Virus record (IMG/VR): IMGVR_UViG_3300042972_000006
Location: 38 to 64,037 of that record
DNA: 64,000 nucleotides
Source of the DNA: a virus
Direction: 5' to 3' (one strand)
Under the pieces are notes generated by a model. That model did not search any database and was not told where the DNA came from. It worked only from the letters and a program-made list of their open reading frames with translations. Shown here in pieces: positions 35,790 through 43,614 of this stretch. Position numbers and translations under genes: made by a program. The stretch's first letter is position 1, and each line of letters starts with the position of its first letter.

Positions 35790-36019
35790 TCCTCGCTCTC
35801 CTCTTCGGCGCCGTCGACCATGGGACGAAGGCCGTAGGCCAACGCCGCGCACCCGAGGGCGATGTATTGGGGGATGGGGGTCTCGCCGCTGAGATAGCGC
35901 CGGAGCGTCTTCGGATCGCACCCCAGCCGGTCGGCCAGTTCTGTGCGCGTCATGTCCAGCCGGAGGCGAAAGCGCTCCAGGCCGTCGTGTGTCAGGGTGC
36001 GGGGGGCTTCATTCGCCAT
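35786..36019 (-). CDS. XRE-family HTH regulator
   Basis: FRLRLDMTRTELADRLGCDPKTLRRYLSGETPIPQYIALGC. Confidence 0.85.
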   Translation of the reverse strand: MANEAPRTLTHDGLERFRLRLDMTRTELADRLGCDPKTLRRYLSGETPIPQYIALGCAALAYGLRPMVDGAEEESEE

Positions 36020-36371
36020 GGGGGCGGGTTCCTCGGATGGATGCGATGACGGCGCGCCTTGCGGATCGGAGATCACTCTCCGTCCCTTTCCGTCCCCCGG
36101 CGCGCCAAGCGTAGGAGGTGGGATGACCGATCTTCCGCGGCGACAGATTGATCCAGCCGACGCGGGTTGAGCCGACCCAGAAGCCATGAGACCGGCCGTC
36201 CTTGATCCAGCGCCCGAGGCGCGCCTGAGCATCCCCCGCCCGCCTCCGCGCCTGATGCTCCATCCGGTCGGCCGCGACGGGATTTCCCGCCGCGCGTTCC
36301 CGAGCGGCGAGGAGAAGCATCCCCCTCGATGTCAGTCGGACGCCCTCCGGGCTGAAGACCTGGACCTTCAT
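36009..36371 (-). CDS. Hypothetical protein
   Basis: 120 aa; GGA RBS, ATGA overlap. Confidence 0.6.
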   Translation of the reverse strand: MKVQVFSPEGVRLTSRGMLLLAARERAAGNPVAADRMEHQARRRAGDAQARLGRWIKDGRSHGFWVGSTRVGWINLSPRKIGHPTSYAWRAGGRKGTESDLRSARRAVIASIRGTRPHGE

Positions 36372-36760
36372 TGCCGGGTTTCCTGATCAAACGCCGTCGG
36401 CCACAGGCAGATGACCGCCTCGCGCGCCGCGTCGATGGCTTCTTCGGTCATGGACGCCCCGGGCCGGGTCAGATCACGAAGCGTGAGGAGAAGTTCTCGG
36501 CCGAGCTGAACGGGTATCGGAGCGTGACCATAGATCGCCTCATACAGCTCGGCTTTCCCGGCGGGGTAGACCGCGAAGACGGATCCCGTTGAGCGCTTCA
36601 TCGCGGCGGCGATGTCTCGGATCGTGGTCTCCTCATATCCATTCGGGCCGCTGTTCTCGAAGAGATCGCGCGCCGTATCCGTGACGAGGGACAGGGTTCG
36701 GGCCTTGGCCGCGACGCGGGCGTTCGGCGGACGGTCTTCAGTTTGTTCTTGCAGGGTCAA
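36368..36760 (-). CDS. TetR-like HTH protein
   Basis: ARDLFE...GYEETTIRDIAAAMKRSTGSVF...KAELYEA. Confidence 0.8.
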   Translation of the reverse strand: MTLQEQTEDRPPNARVAAKARTLSLVTDTARDLFENSGPNGYEETTIRDIAAAMKRSTGSVFAVYPAGKAELYEAIYGHAPIPVQLGRELLLTLRDLTRPGASMTEEAIDAAREAVICLWPTAFDQETRQ

Positions 36761-36920
36761 GGGTGGTGCTCCCGTTGAGGATAGTTCGAACTTCGAGGAG
36801 GGAGGCCTCCTCTTCTCGGATGATCGCGGACAGGCGCCCGTGTTCGGTGGTGTTGCGCCAGCCGCGCCGGGCGTCCAGAGCGCGAAGATAGCGCCGCGTG
36901 GCTTTCTCCAGGTCGCTCAT
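36738..36920 (-). CDS. Hypothetical protein
   Basis: GGAGG RBS; 60 aa. Confidence 0.55.
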   Translation of the reverse strand: MSDLEKATRRYLRALDARRGWRNTTEHGRLSAIIREEEASLLEVRTILNGSTTLDPARTN

Positions 36921-37126
36921 ATGCCCGCACCCTCCGCCACGGTCTCCCCTCGCCAGCTCTGAAGCAAGGGGATCGCCCAAGGGCTGGCGAGCGTCCCATC
37001 CTCTTCCCGGTTCAGCCAAACGCCACCGGGGCCGAACGCGACCCCTACCGTTCGCCCCTCGGAAGCTTCGATCAGGCGTTCAAACTCGCCCTCTTTCAGG
37101 ATCAGGGCCGGGTCAATCTTCGGCAT
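36917..37126 (-). CDS. Hypothetical protein
   Basis: 69 aa; operon packing. Confidence 0.6.
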   Translation of the reverse strand: MPKIDPALILKEGEFERLIEASEGRTVGVAFGPGGVWLNREEDGTLASPWAIPLLQSWRGETVAEGAGI

Positions 37127-37952
37127 GGTCGCCCCCGAGGGTAATCGTCATCACGAAGGGAAGGGCGGCGTAGGCCGCGCGGAGCGCCTCGACGGGCCAG
37201 ACGCAACCTTCATCGCCTTCGAGCGCCTTGTCTTCTGCGGCCTCCGCCAAGTCGAGGAGGTGTTTCGCCTTGGCGACGAAGGTCGCGGTCGGCTGGGCCG
37301 AAATCGGCACCTGAACCACGTCCTCCGGCTTTAGCGAAAGGCGCTCGCGTGGGTCGACGATCGACAGCTCCCACTTCCCATCGACACGGAACAGATAGGC
37401 GGAGGGCGTTTCCTCCGGGGCGACCCGACCCGCCTCGACCGCGCACCGCATGGCCGTCATGCGCTCGCTGACCCAAGCCGGGTCATCGACGGCGCCGAGG
37501 TCTTCGCGCCACGGTGACGGCTCGCCCTTCTGGGCGGCTTCTTCGGCGTCATGAGCTTCGACCATGCGGCGGATCACGACGTCGCTGACCTGGACGTTAG
37601 TGATTGCGTCCAATGGGCCGCCCGCTCCGAGAAGGTCTCTCCCCTCGGAGGCGGGCTTCGGTTTCGACCCGTTTAAGGCGCCTTCTAATGCCCAGAGGAT
37701 CGGGGCGAAGGCCAGTTGCGGGGCAATCCCGGCGTTCTTGGCCACCCCCTCAGCCGCCGCCGTGGCGATGCGCTGGATGTCGATGGCTGGCGGCTGGGCG
37801 AGGAGAACGGCAAGAGGCGCTTCGATCTCCATGGCGATTGTGCCGGTCCTGTAGTCGTTCGTGGTCTGGGCGCTCTGGGCCAGTCTGTGAGCCTTGCGAA
37901 CGAGTTCTCTCGGCGCGCGGACGTAATCCGTCGGAAAGGTTGCGGCGCTCAT
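37113..37952 (-). CDS. Hypothetical modular protein
   Basis: MSAATFPTDY start with ATGA overlap; 279 aa. Confidence 0.65.
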   Translation of the reverse strand: MSAATFPTDYVRAPRELVRKAHRLAQSAQTTNDYRTGTIAMEIEAPLAVLLAQPPAIDIQRIATAAAEGVAKNAGIAPQLAFAPILWALEGALNGSKPKPASEGRDLLGAGGPLDAITNVQVSDVVIRRMVEAHDAEEAAQKGEPSPWREDLGAVDDPAWVSERMTAMRCAVEAGRVAPEETPSAYLFRVDGKWELSIVDPRERLSLKPEDVVQVPISAQPTATFVAKAKHLLDLAEAAEDKALEGDEGCVWPVEALRAAYAALPFVMTITLGGDHAED

Positions 37953-38215
37953 GACGGCTTGACCAAGATGTTCGACGACGAACCCCGGCGCGCCCATAGG
38001 CCTCGCTCGTCCATCCACATGACCGAGGGGGCGGCGATGACCCACGTCCGGATGATCCGATTATTGATGCGGGTGATCAGGCGCGACCGGCCATCGGCGC
38101 CGAGGCGGTCGAAAGCGCGCTCATACCAGAGCTGCACACGTTCAGCGGTCCAGCCCTTCACGCGCATCATGTGGCGGGAGACCTCCGCCATGGTTGTTCC
38201 TCGGAAGTGGTTCAT
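37949..38215 (-). CDS. Hypothetical protein
   Basis: AAGGAGG RBS before MNHFRG. Confidence 0.55.
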   Translation of the reverse strand: MNHFRGTTMAEVSRHMMRVKGWTAERVQLWYERAFDRLGADGRSRLITRINNRIIRTWVIAAPSVMWMDERGLWARRGSSSNILVKPS

Positions 38216-38229
38216 CGTCAGGCCCTCCT

Positions 38230-38424
38230 TCAGGCCCATGTCAGTTCGGGGAGGGATACCTTGATCTCCCCGGGGTGGTTGTCGAAGCGCACGAAGGCGG
38301 CCGTGAAGTTCGGCGCTCCCTCCGTGCGGTGAAGACGGATGAGCGTTCCCCGTTCGGACCGGCCGCTGATCGGCTCGGCCCAGATCACGCGGCGCCGGAG
38401 ATCGGTCAGGGTCGGGACGATCAT
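38230..38424 (-). CDS. Hypothetical protein
   Basis: 64 aa; ATGA overlap. Confidence 0.55.
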   Translation of the reverse strand: MIVPTLTDLRRRVIWAEPISGRSERGTLIRLHRTEGAPNFTAAFVRFDNHPGEIKVSLPELTWA

Positions 38425-38651
38425 GCGTCGGCTCTCTCAGCCGGGGGGACATGCCCCTCGCGCGCGCCCATACCGAAAGCGCCGTCTCGCAAGGCCTCGG
38501 CCTTGCCGATAGCGCCCTCCGCCCTAAGGATCGCCCGCTTCTGAACCGTGCGCTCATTGCACGTCCGAGCGGGCATCCGCTGGAGCGCGTCCCGGACGCC
38601 TTTCAGCGTCCCGAGAAGCTCCTCGAAAATGATGGCCTCGGTCCGGGTCAC
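38421..38651 (-). CDS. Hypothetical protein
   Basis: GGAG RBS and GTG start. Confidence 0.55.
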   Translation of the reverse strand: MTRTEAIIFEELLGTLKGVRDALQRMPARTCNERTVQKRAILRAEGAIGKAEALRDGAFGMGAREGHVPPAERADA

Positions 38652-38653
38652 GA

Positions 38654-39199
38654 TCAGGCTCTCCCGGTGCGGCGCGCCCAAGCGGCGCGGCTTTCATCGC
38701 GGAGCTTCGTCAGGCGGTCCCCAAGGCAGGGATGCGCCGCCTCGGCGTCTTCCGGCATGTCATAGGAGCCCAGATGCTGGCCCGCTTCGGTGAAGACGCG
38801 GAAACGGCCGGGATCGCCATAGGCGTAGGATTCGACGTGTTCGAAATCCAACAGAACCAGACCGTCGCCCGTCAGGAACTCGACGGCCCCGGCTTCGAAG
38901 CCCTCGGCCTGATTGTGCGCGTTGAAGGGCTCGCAGGACGCAAGGAAGCCAATCGGACAATACCAATAGCCCTGAAGGCTGTTCGCATCCCCGTCAGGCC
39001 CCCATCCGAAGGTGTAGAGGGCATCGCGCCGGGCGCTCAGAAGCTGTTGATCGTCCTCGCTCAGAACATCGTCGAAGACATCATCGGTGCTGTCGTCGAA
39101 ATGCCACGCGAAATCCGTCGCGGCCAGCGCACGAACCCACGCCATGGCCGACGCCTTGTCGGTGATCGGCGCGCGCAGGGAATCGGGAAGGGTCTTCAT
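38654..39199 (-). CDS. Acidic hypothetical protein
   Basis: 181 aa; WHFDD motif. Confidence 0.7.
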   Translation of the reverse strand: MKTLPDSLRAPITDKASAMAWVRALAATDFAWHFDDSTDDVFDDVLSEDDQQLLSARRDALYTFGWGPDGDANSLQGYWYCPIGFLASCEPFNAHNQAEGFEAGAVEFLTGDGLVLLDFEHVESYAYGDPGRFRVFTEAGQHLGSYDMPEDAEAAHPCLGDRLTKLRDESRAAWARRTGRA

Positions 39200-39200
39200 G

Positions 39201-39662
39201 TCAGGGCGCCTTTCTCTCGGAGATCAGGGCCAGCACGTCGGCCCAATCTTCAGTGTTGAGGAGGTCAGGGCCGTCAACGCTCTCGCCCTCGGGGTCGATA
39301 GCCTGAACGGCGAAGCGACAGAGTTCAGGAAGCTCACGGTCGCCCTTGTCCGGGTAGTCGATCCAGACGCGGAGGCCGAGCGTTCGCGAATCGATGCAGG
39401 GACAAGCGTCATTGTGCCATGACGCATCTTCGAAGCTCTCGGGCATCTCCGGGAGATCGCGCAACGGATAGTCGCGGAACTCGACCGGGACGGCCGTGAA
39501 GGCTTCGAGGTTCTTCGCCAGCGCGGCGAGTTCCTCGTCCTTCATGTCGGTGGCGTCGATATCCGACGATTGGACTTCGGCCGGGTGGCGCCAGTTCCAG
39601 CCGGAGCCAGCGCGGAAGGTGAAGCGGAATCCTTGGGCTTTCAGGTCGATGATGTTCGTCAT
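39201..39662 (-). CDS. Hypothetical protein
   Basis: AAGG RBS; FEDASWHNDACPC...LRVWIDY motif. Confidence 0.7.
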   Translation of the reverse strand: MTNIIDLKAQGFRFTFRAGSGWNWRHPAEVQSSDIDATDMKDEELAALAKNLEAFTAVPVEFRDYPLRDLPEMPESFEDASWHNDACPCIDSRTLGLRVWIDYPDKGDRELPELCRFAVQAIDPEGESVDGPDLLNTEDWADVLALISERKAP

Positions 39663-39664
39663 GG

Positions 39665-39850
39665 TCAGACCTTTCCGGTCAGGTGGTCGAGGGCGGTCCA
39701 GTAGCCTTGCAGAAGCATGAGGGCGCGTCGGTGTTCTGTGCCGACGCACCCACGGTCCCACCCCGGGCCATATTTGGCGTTGAGGAGGTCGATCTTGGCC
39801 CGGATGCGACGAGCGCTCTTCGGGGGAAAGGGGAGGGGATCGCGAGCCAT
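39665..39850 (-). CDS. Hypothetical protein
   Basis: 61 aa; operon packing. Confidence 0.55.
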   Translation of the reverse strand: MARDPLPFPPKSARRIRAKIDLLNAKYGPGWDRGCVGTEHRRALMLLQGYWTALDHLTGKV

Positions 39851-39852
39851 GA

Positions 39853-40062
39853 TCAGGCCCCTTCTTGGTCGATGCGAGTTTGCTCGGCATCCCACAGGAC
39901 GACGAAGGCGTTCAGCCATTGGCGCTGAGCCGTCGTCAGATCGCCCATGAGCAACTCAATCGCGTCCCCCTCGGGGAGGCTCTCATTTGCCGTCCAGTTG
40001 GCGAATATGGTCGCTAGGGCGTCCAAGTCCCCGCCAAGGGGGAGGGCGTTCACGGTAGTCAT
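39853..40062 (-). CDS. Hypothetical protein, first gene after a promoter
   Basis: 69 aa. Confidence 0.65.
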   Translation of the reverse strand: MTTVNALPLGGDLDALATIFANWTANESLPEGDAIELLMGDLTTAQRQWLNAFVVLWDAEQTRIDQEGA

Positions 40063-40116
40063 TTTCGTCTCTTCTCTATCCAGAGTTTCGGGAGTGGTGC
40101 ATCCCGTCGATGTGGG

Positions 40117-40146
40117 GAATATGCCCCAAACTTACGGCATGTGCAA
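40117..40146 (-). promoter_or_regulatory. Sigma70-type promoter with an imperfect palindrome
   Basis: TTGCAC-N16-GCATATTC; TGGGG-AATATG-CCCCA; same architecture as 32358-32387. Confidence 0.6.
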
Positions 40147-41064
40147 CCCATCTTCCCCAGCGGCCAAGCGGTCCAGGTATGTGAGGCCGTCTGTCCCCGG
40201 GATCGGCGCATCGACAGAGGTGTCTCTCCATCGGTTGAACATTCGGCCCTGAGACTTCCTCGCCAGCTCAACAGCCTCCTTCGGATACCGCGCCCGACGC
40301 TCCATGATTGCCAAGAACGCTGAGCCGGCGACGTCCTCCCTGTCGGCTGGGGAGAGATAGATCGGGGCCAGACGTCGACAGTCCTGATAGAGGCGCTCCT
40401 TGTAGTTGTCGGGGTCTTCCAGTTCGGGCGGACGAGCGCCCAGAACCGGCCACCTCAATCCAAGGTGTCGAATGCGCTGGATAGTGTGGTGCGAGGTGTG
40501 TCGGCTCCCCTTCACTGCGAGGCGTCGTGTCGGAGCCCTTCGAAGCGCGTCGTCGTCCTCTTCGGTCCATGGGAAGTCCGGGGTTTGCCACTGGCCCCGT
40601 TCGGGCGCCCGGAGATTGCTCAGGCGGATGTCCCCAGAATCTCCGTTCGCGAATGTCGGAAGGAGCTTGAGATCATCTCCTCGTCCGAAGGCGCACCACA
40701 CGACCGCCGCGAGATCAGCGGTCAGGCGTTCTTGATCACCTGGAGAGCGATACCGGGTCAGGCAAACACGGCGCCGATGTCCCGGTTTCCCATGCGGTAT
40801 GAGGAGGACATTCGTCTTTCCCTTGATGCGCCCGAAGCTGGAGACCGTGAAGGGCCATCCCGGGAGCGGAGACCATTCCTCTCCCGGGATTTCCTCTATA
40901 GGCGTCGATGGGCGGGTGATCCCCATGGCGTTCAGGTCATGAAACAAGACGCGGCTGGATATCGAGAGAAGCCGTTGCAGCTCTTGAGGCTTCCAGCCCG
41001 CACGATGCAGCTCAGCAATCTCCCGGCGCCGAAGGGCGACTTCTTCGGGACGTCGATAGGTCAT
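40132..41064 (-). CDS. HTH + NUMOD4/degenerate HNH + sigma-like C-terminal domain fusion
   Basis: N-terminal HTH; EEWSPLPGW..VSSFGRIK (NUMOD4); VWCAF...NGDSGDIRLSNL; WTEEDD; DREDVAGSAFLAI...SVDAPIPGTDG. Confidence 0.7.
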   Translation of the reverse strand: MTYRRPEEVALRRREIAELHRAGWKPQELQRLLSISSRVLFHDLNAMGITRPSTPIEEIPGEEWSPLPGWPFTVSSFGRIKGKTNVLLIPHGKPGHRRRVCLTRYRSPGDQERLTADLAAVVWCAFGRGDDLKLLPTFANGDSGDIRLSNLRAPERGQWQTPDFPWTEEDDDALRRAPTRRLAVKGSRHTSHHTIQRIRHLGLRWPVLGARPPELEDPDNYKERLYQDCRRLAPIYLSPADREDVAGSAFLAIMERRARYPKEAVELARKSQGRMFNRWRDTSVDAPIPGTDGLTYLDRLAAGEDGLHMP

Positions 41065-41348
41065 TCGTGCGCGGTCCGGCGGAGCCGTATCTCCAAGCGT
41101 CGATAGGCGACAATCATGATTGCGTGGAAGGGCGCTCGGTGCGGTCCTTTCGCCTGTCGGGACAGCCGGACCGCCTCCTTGAGCATATAGCCCGCGAAGG
41201 CGATCCTCGGGTCTTCCGACTTGGAGGCGTATTCCTCCGAGGCAAGGAGCCGATTGGCGTCCCTGTGGGAGAGGGTTTCTCTCCATATAGGAGGGAGAAC
41301 CTCTCCTTGAAGGAGATCGGGTCGTTCCTTGAAGGAGGCTTCAATCAC
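41061..41348 (-). CDS. Hypothetical protein
   Basis: GTG start; overlaps its neighbours. Confidence 0.5.
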   Translation of the reverse strand: MIEASFKERPDLLQGEVLPPIWRETLSHRDANRLLASEEYASKSEDPRIAFAGYMLKEAVRLSRQAKGPHRAPFHAIMIVAYRRLEIRLRRTAHE

Positions 41349-41568
41349 GGCGCGGCTCGTCAGCGACCCGGATTTCATGGATGGTCGGGTCCATCCGGGC
41401 GAGGTCACGGACGAAGCTCTCCAGGTCGGAGACGCCCTCAGGGACCGTGATCGTGTCCTCGCTTTCCTCATGGTCGGCCACCTCAACAAGGGGGCCGTTC
41501 CCGTCGAGCGTCTCGACCCGCTGGAAGCGTCGGACCGGGCGGCGGTGGGTCACGATCAGCCGCGTCAT
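41341..41568 (-). CDS. Hypothetical protein
   Basis: GGAGG RBS; 75 aa. Confidence 0.6.
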   Translation of the reverse strand: MTRLIVTHRRPVRRFQRVETLDGNGPLVEVADHEESEDTITVPEGVSDLESFVRDLARMDPTIHEIRVADEPRRD

Positions 41569-42020
41569 TGCGTGACCTCCTCGTCCTCGTCCTCGGCATC
41601 GGAGAGCGGCTCTTCGCCCGGGATGACGTCGGACATCGACGCCGGGATCGGGGCCACATGGATTCCGTTGTCGCACAGGGTGGAAGTGAGGGTCGCCCAG
41701 AAGGTCGAGAAATGCAGGGCGCCCCCGGCCTGAGCGGCGATTACGGTTCCGACGGCGGTCCCGAGCGCCTCCATGATCATCGGGGAGCCCACGGTCGGGG
41801 CCTCTCCGGCCGCGTTCATGACGGCCATGAGGGAGATATGGATCGTGTTTCGGTTGATGAAGTCCTCCTCGTTCTCCTCGCGAGTGAGGCGCTCCCGAAT
41901 CTCCGGGGTGACGGCCGAGACCGTAATCTCGCGCGCAAGGCCAAGAAGGGCGGAAGCGGCCGCTTCCATGGCGAAGGTTTTCGGGTCGTCCTGTTCTATT
42001 GTGAAGGCGACGTCAGGCAT
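41565..42020 (-). CDS. Hypothetical helical protein (paralog of 42049..42432)
   Basis: AAGGAG RBS; 151 aa. Confidence 0.7.
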   Translation of the reverse strand: MPDVAFTIEQDDPKTFAMEAAASALLGLAREITVSAVTPEIRERLTREENEEDFINRNTIHISLMAVMNAAGEAPTVGSPMIMEALGTAVGTVIAAQAGGALHFSTFWATLTSTLCDNGIHVAPIPASMSDVIPGEEPLSDAEDEDEEVTQ

Positions 42021-42048
42021 AGGTCGATCTCCTTGATCGGCTGGGGGG

Positions 42049-42432
42049 TTAGTTCGGGGTTCCGGGCGTGTCGGATGTCATGGCCTCGACCGTGATCGTC
42101 TCGGTCGCGCCGAATCCCTCATTGAAGGCGGCGAAGACCGGGCCGCTCGCGCCGCCCCGGCTGTTGATGTCCACAATCGTCCGCATGGCCCGGCCGAGGG
42201 CGATCATCACCTCATTTCGCGAGGCTCCCTTGTTCCCGGCGGTGTTCGCGGCGGCGATGACCATGTGCGAAATCGCATTCATCGTGATCATGGCCTCCGG
42301 CGTGAAGCCGCTGCGCGAATCGTCCGGGACCATGGCGAAGACGGGCGTCAGGTGTTCGACGAGGGCGTCATAGGACGCGGAGGCGTGGAAGGAGATCGTG
42401 TCGATCACCTCCTCGGAGAGAAGCATCTTCAT
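42049..42432 (-). CDS. Hypothetical helical protein (paralog of 41565..42020)
   Basis: 127 aa; shared N-x-AG...ALGxA..T...GGA..F pattern. Confidence 0.7.
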   Translation of the reverse strand: MKMLLSEEVIDTISFHASASYDALVEHLTPVFAMVPDDSRSGFTPEAMITMNAISHMVIAAANTAGNKGASRNEVMIALGRAMRTIVDINSRGGASGPVFAAFNEGFGATETITVEAMTSDTPGTPN

Positions 42433-42476
42433 GGGTTTTCTCTGTTGCTGGCGGTGGTGGATCGGCGCGCGGCCGG

Positions 42477-42908
42477 TCAGGAAAGGCGGTCAGCCAACGC
42501 TTCGGCGGCGTCGAGGAGGCGTTTCTCGACCCGCTCGACCGTGGCCCAGAACGTCGCGGGCGTCAGGGCATCGTCCCGGAGCCATTCACCCCGGGACATG
42601 AAGGCCCGGTCGTCCAAGGGGACGTCAAGACGGGCGTGGATGGACGAATATCCCGGGGCGCCGGGGGAACCCGACCACACGATCCGGCGCTTCAGGCGCT
42701 CGCGGCGCGCGGACGTGTTGGAAACCCGCACCCGGACCGTGGCGGCCTCCGGCCTCCCCTTGATCACAATCTCTCCTCCCGGAAGAGAGATAGGGGGGCA
42801 TGAGTTCATCAGCCCGCGCCCGATACCGAACAGGACGCTCCCCAGCTCAGGGGTGCGCTCGATTGGCGCGATCCGCGTGTTTTCGAGCGAAATCTCTATC
42901 TTCGTCAT
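42477..42908 (-). CDS. Hypothetical protein, first gene of the accessory arm
   Basis: 143 aa; preceded by an intergenic region with the GGGGAATAT core. Confidence 0.65.
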   Translation of the reverse strand: MTKIEISLENTRIAPIERTPELGSVLFGIGRGLMNSCPPISLPGGEIVIKGRPEAATVRVRVSNTSARRERLKRRIVWSGSPGAPGYSSIHARLDVPLDDRAFMSRGEWLRDDALTPATFWATVERVEKRLLDAAEALADRLS

Positions 42909-43161
42909 GGGTCTCTTCCGTTTTCATGGGGGGCGGAAACAATCGTTTCGCCTGTCTCCAGGTGGTGCGCTTCAACGTATGCAATGGGGAATATAGCCGG
43001 TCAAGTCTTAGCCAAGAGGGGAACCTGCCCGGTTTCGGGGGGTAAGAAGGGCGGAAAAATGCCCCGCGAACCCTCTCCATCGCGCGGCTCGGGTTGTCCG
43101 GAGGCTGGATTTGCGGTCGCCGGCCTAAGCGGTATGGATGGGATGAAGGAGCGCGCACCAC

Positions 43162-43614
43162 ATGGCGAAACCCAGCTTTGAACCGACCGAGGAGGAGCGC
43201 CAGATCGTGAAGGGTCTGGCGGCCTATGGCGTCCCGCAAAAGCAGATCGTGAACGTCATCCGGCGCCCGAAGGGGAAGAGCGAGACGCTGTTCCCGATCA
43301 GCCTCCCGACGCTGCGGAAGTATTTCCGGGAGGAGCTGGACACGGCGGAGCTGACGGCGAACAACAACGTCGCGAAGGCGCTCTATGAGACGGCCGTGGA
43401 CCGGGGCCACAAGAACCACGTTCAAGCGGCGATCTTCTGGCTTCAGGCGCGGGCCGGGTGGAAGACGCAAGCCCAGGTCGCGGGGACGCAATCCGTTTCG
43501 CTGGATATCCCGCCGGAGGTTCTGGCGGACCTGTCGGACGCCGAGCTGAAGGGGCTTGAGAAAATCCTGCAATGGAGGTCAAGGCATGAGCCGAGCGCGG
43601 CGAACGCAGCTTGA
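43162..43614 (+). CDS. terS: Terminase small subunit
   Basis: PTEEERQIVKGLAAYGVPQ..I...TLRKYFREEL...AAIFWL.ARAGW; directly upstream of terL. Confidence 0.8.
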   Translation: MAKPSFEPTEEERQIVKGLAAYGVPQKQIVNVIRRPKGKSETLFPISLPTLRKYFREELDTAELTANNNVAKALYETAVDRGHKNHVQAAIFWLQARAGWKTQAQVAGTQSVSLDIPPEVLADLSDAELKGLEKILQWRSRHEPSAANAA

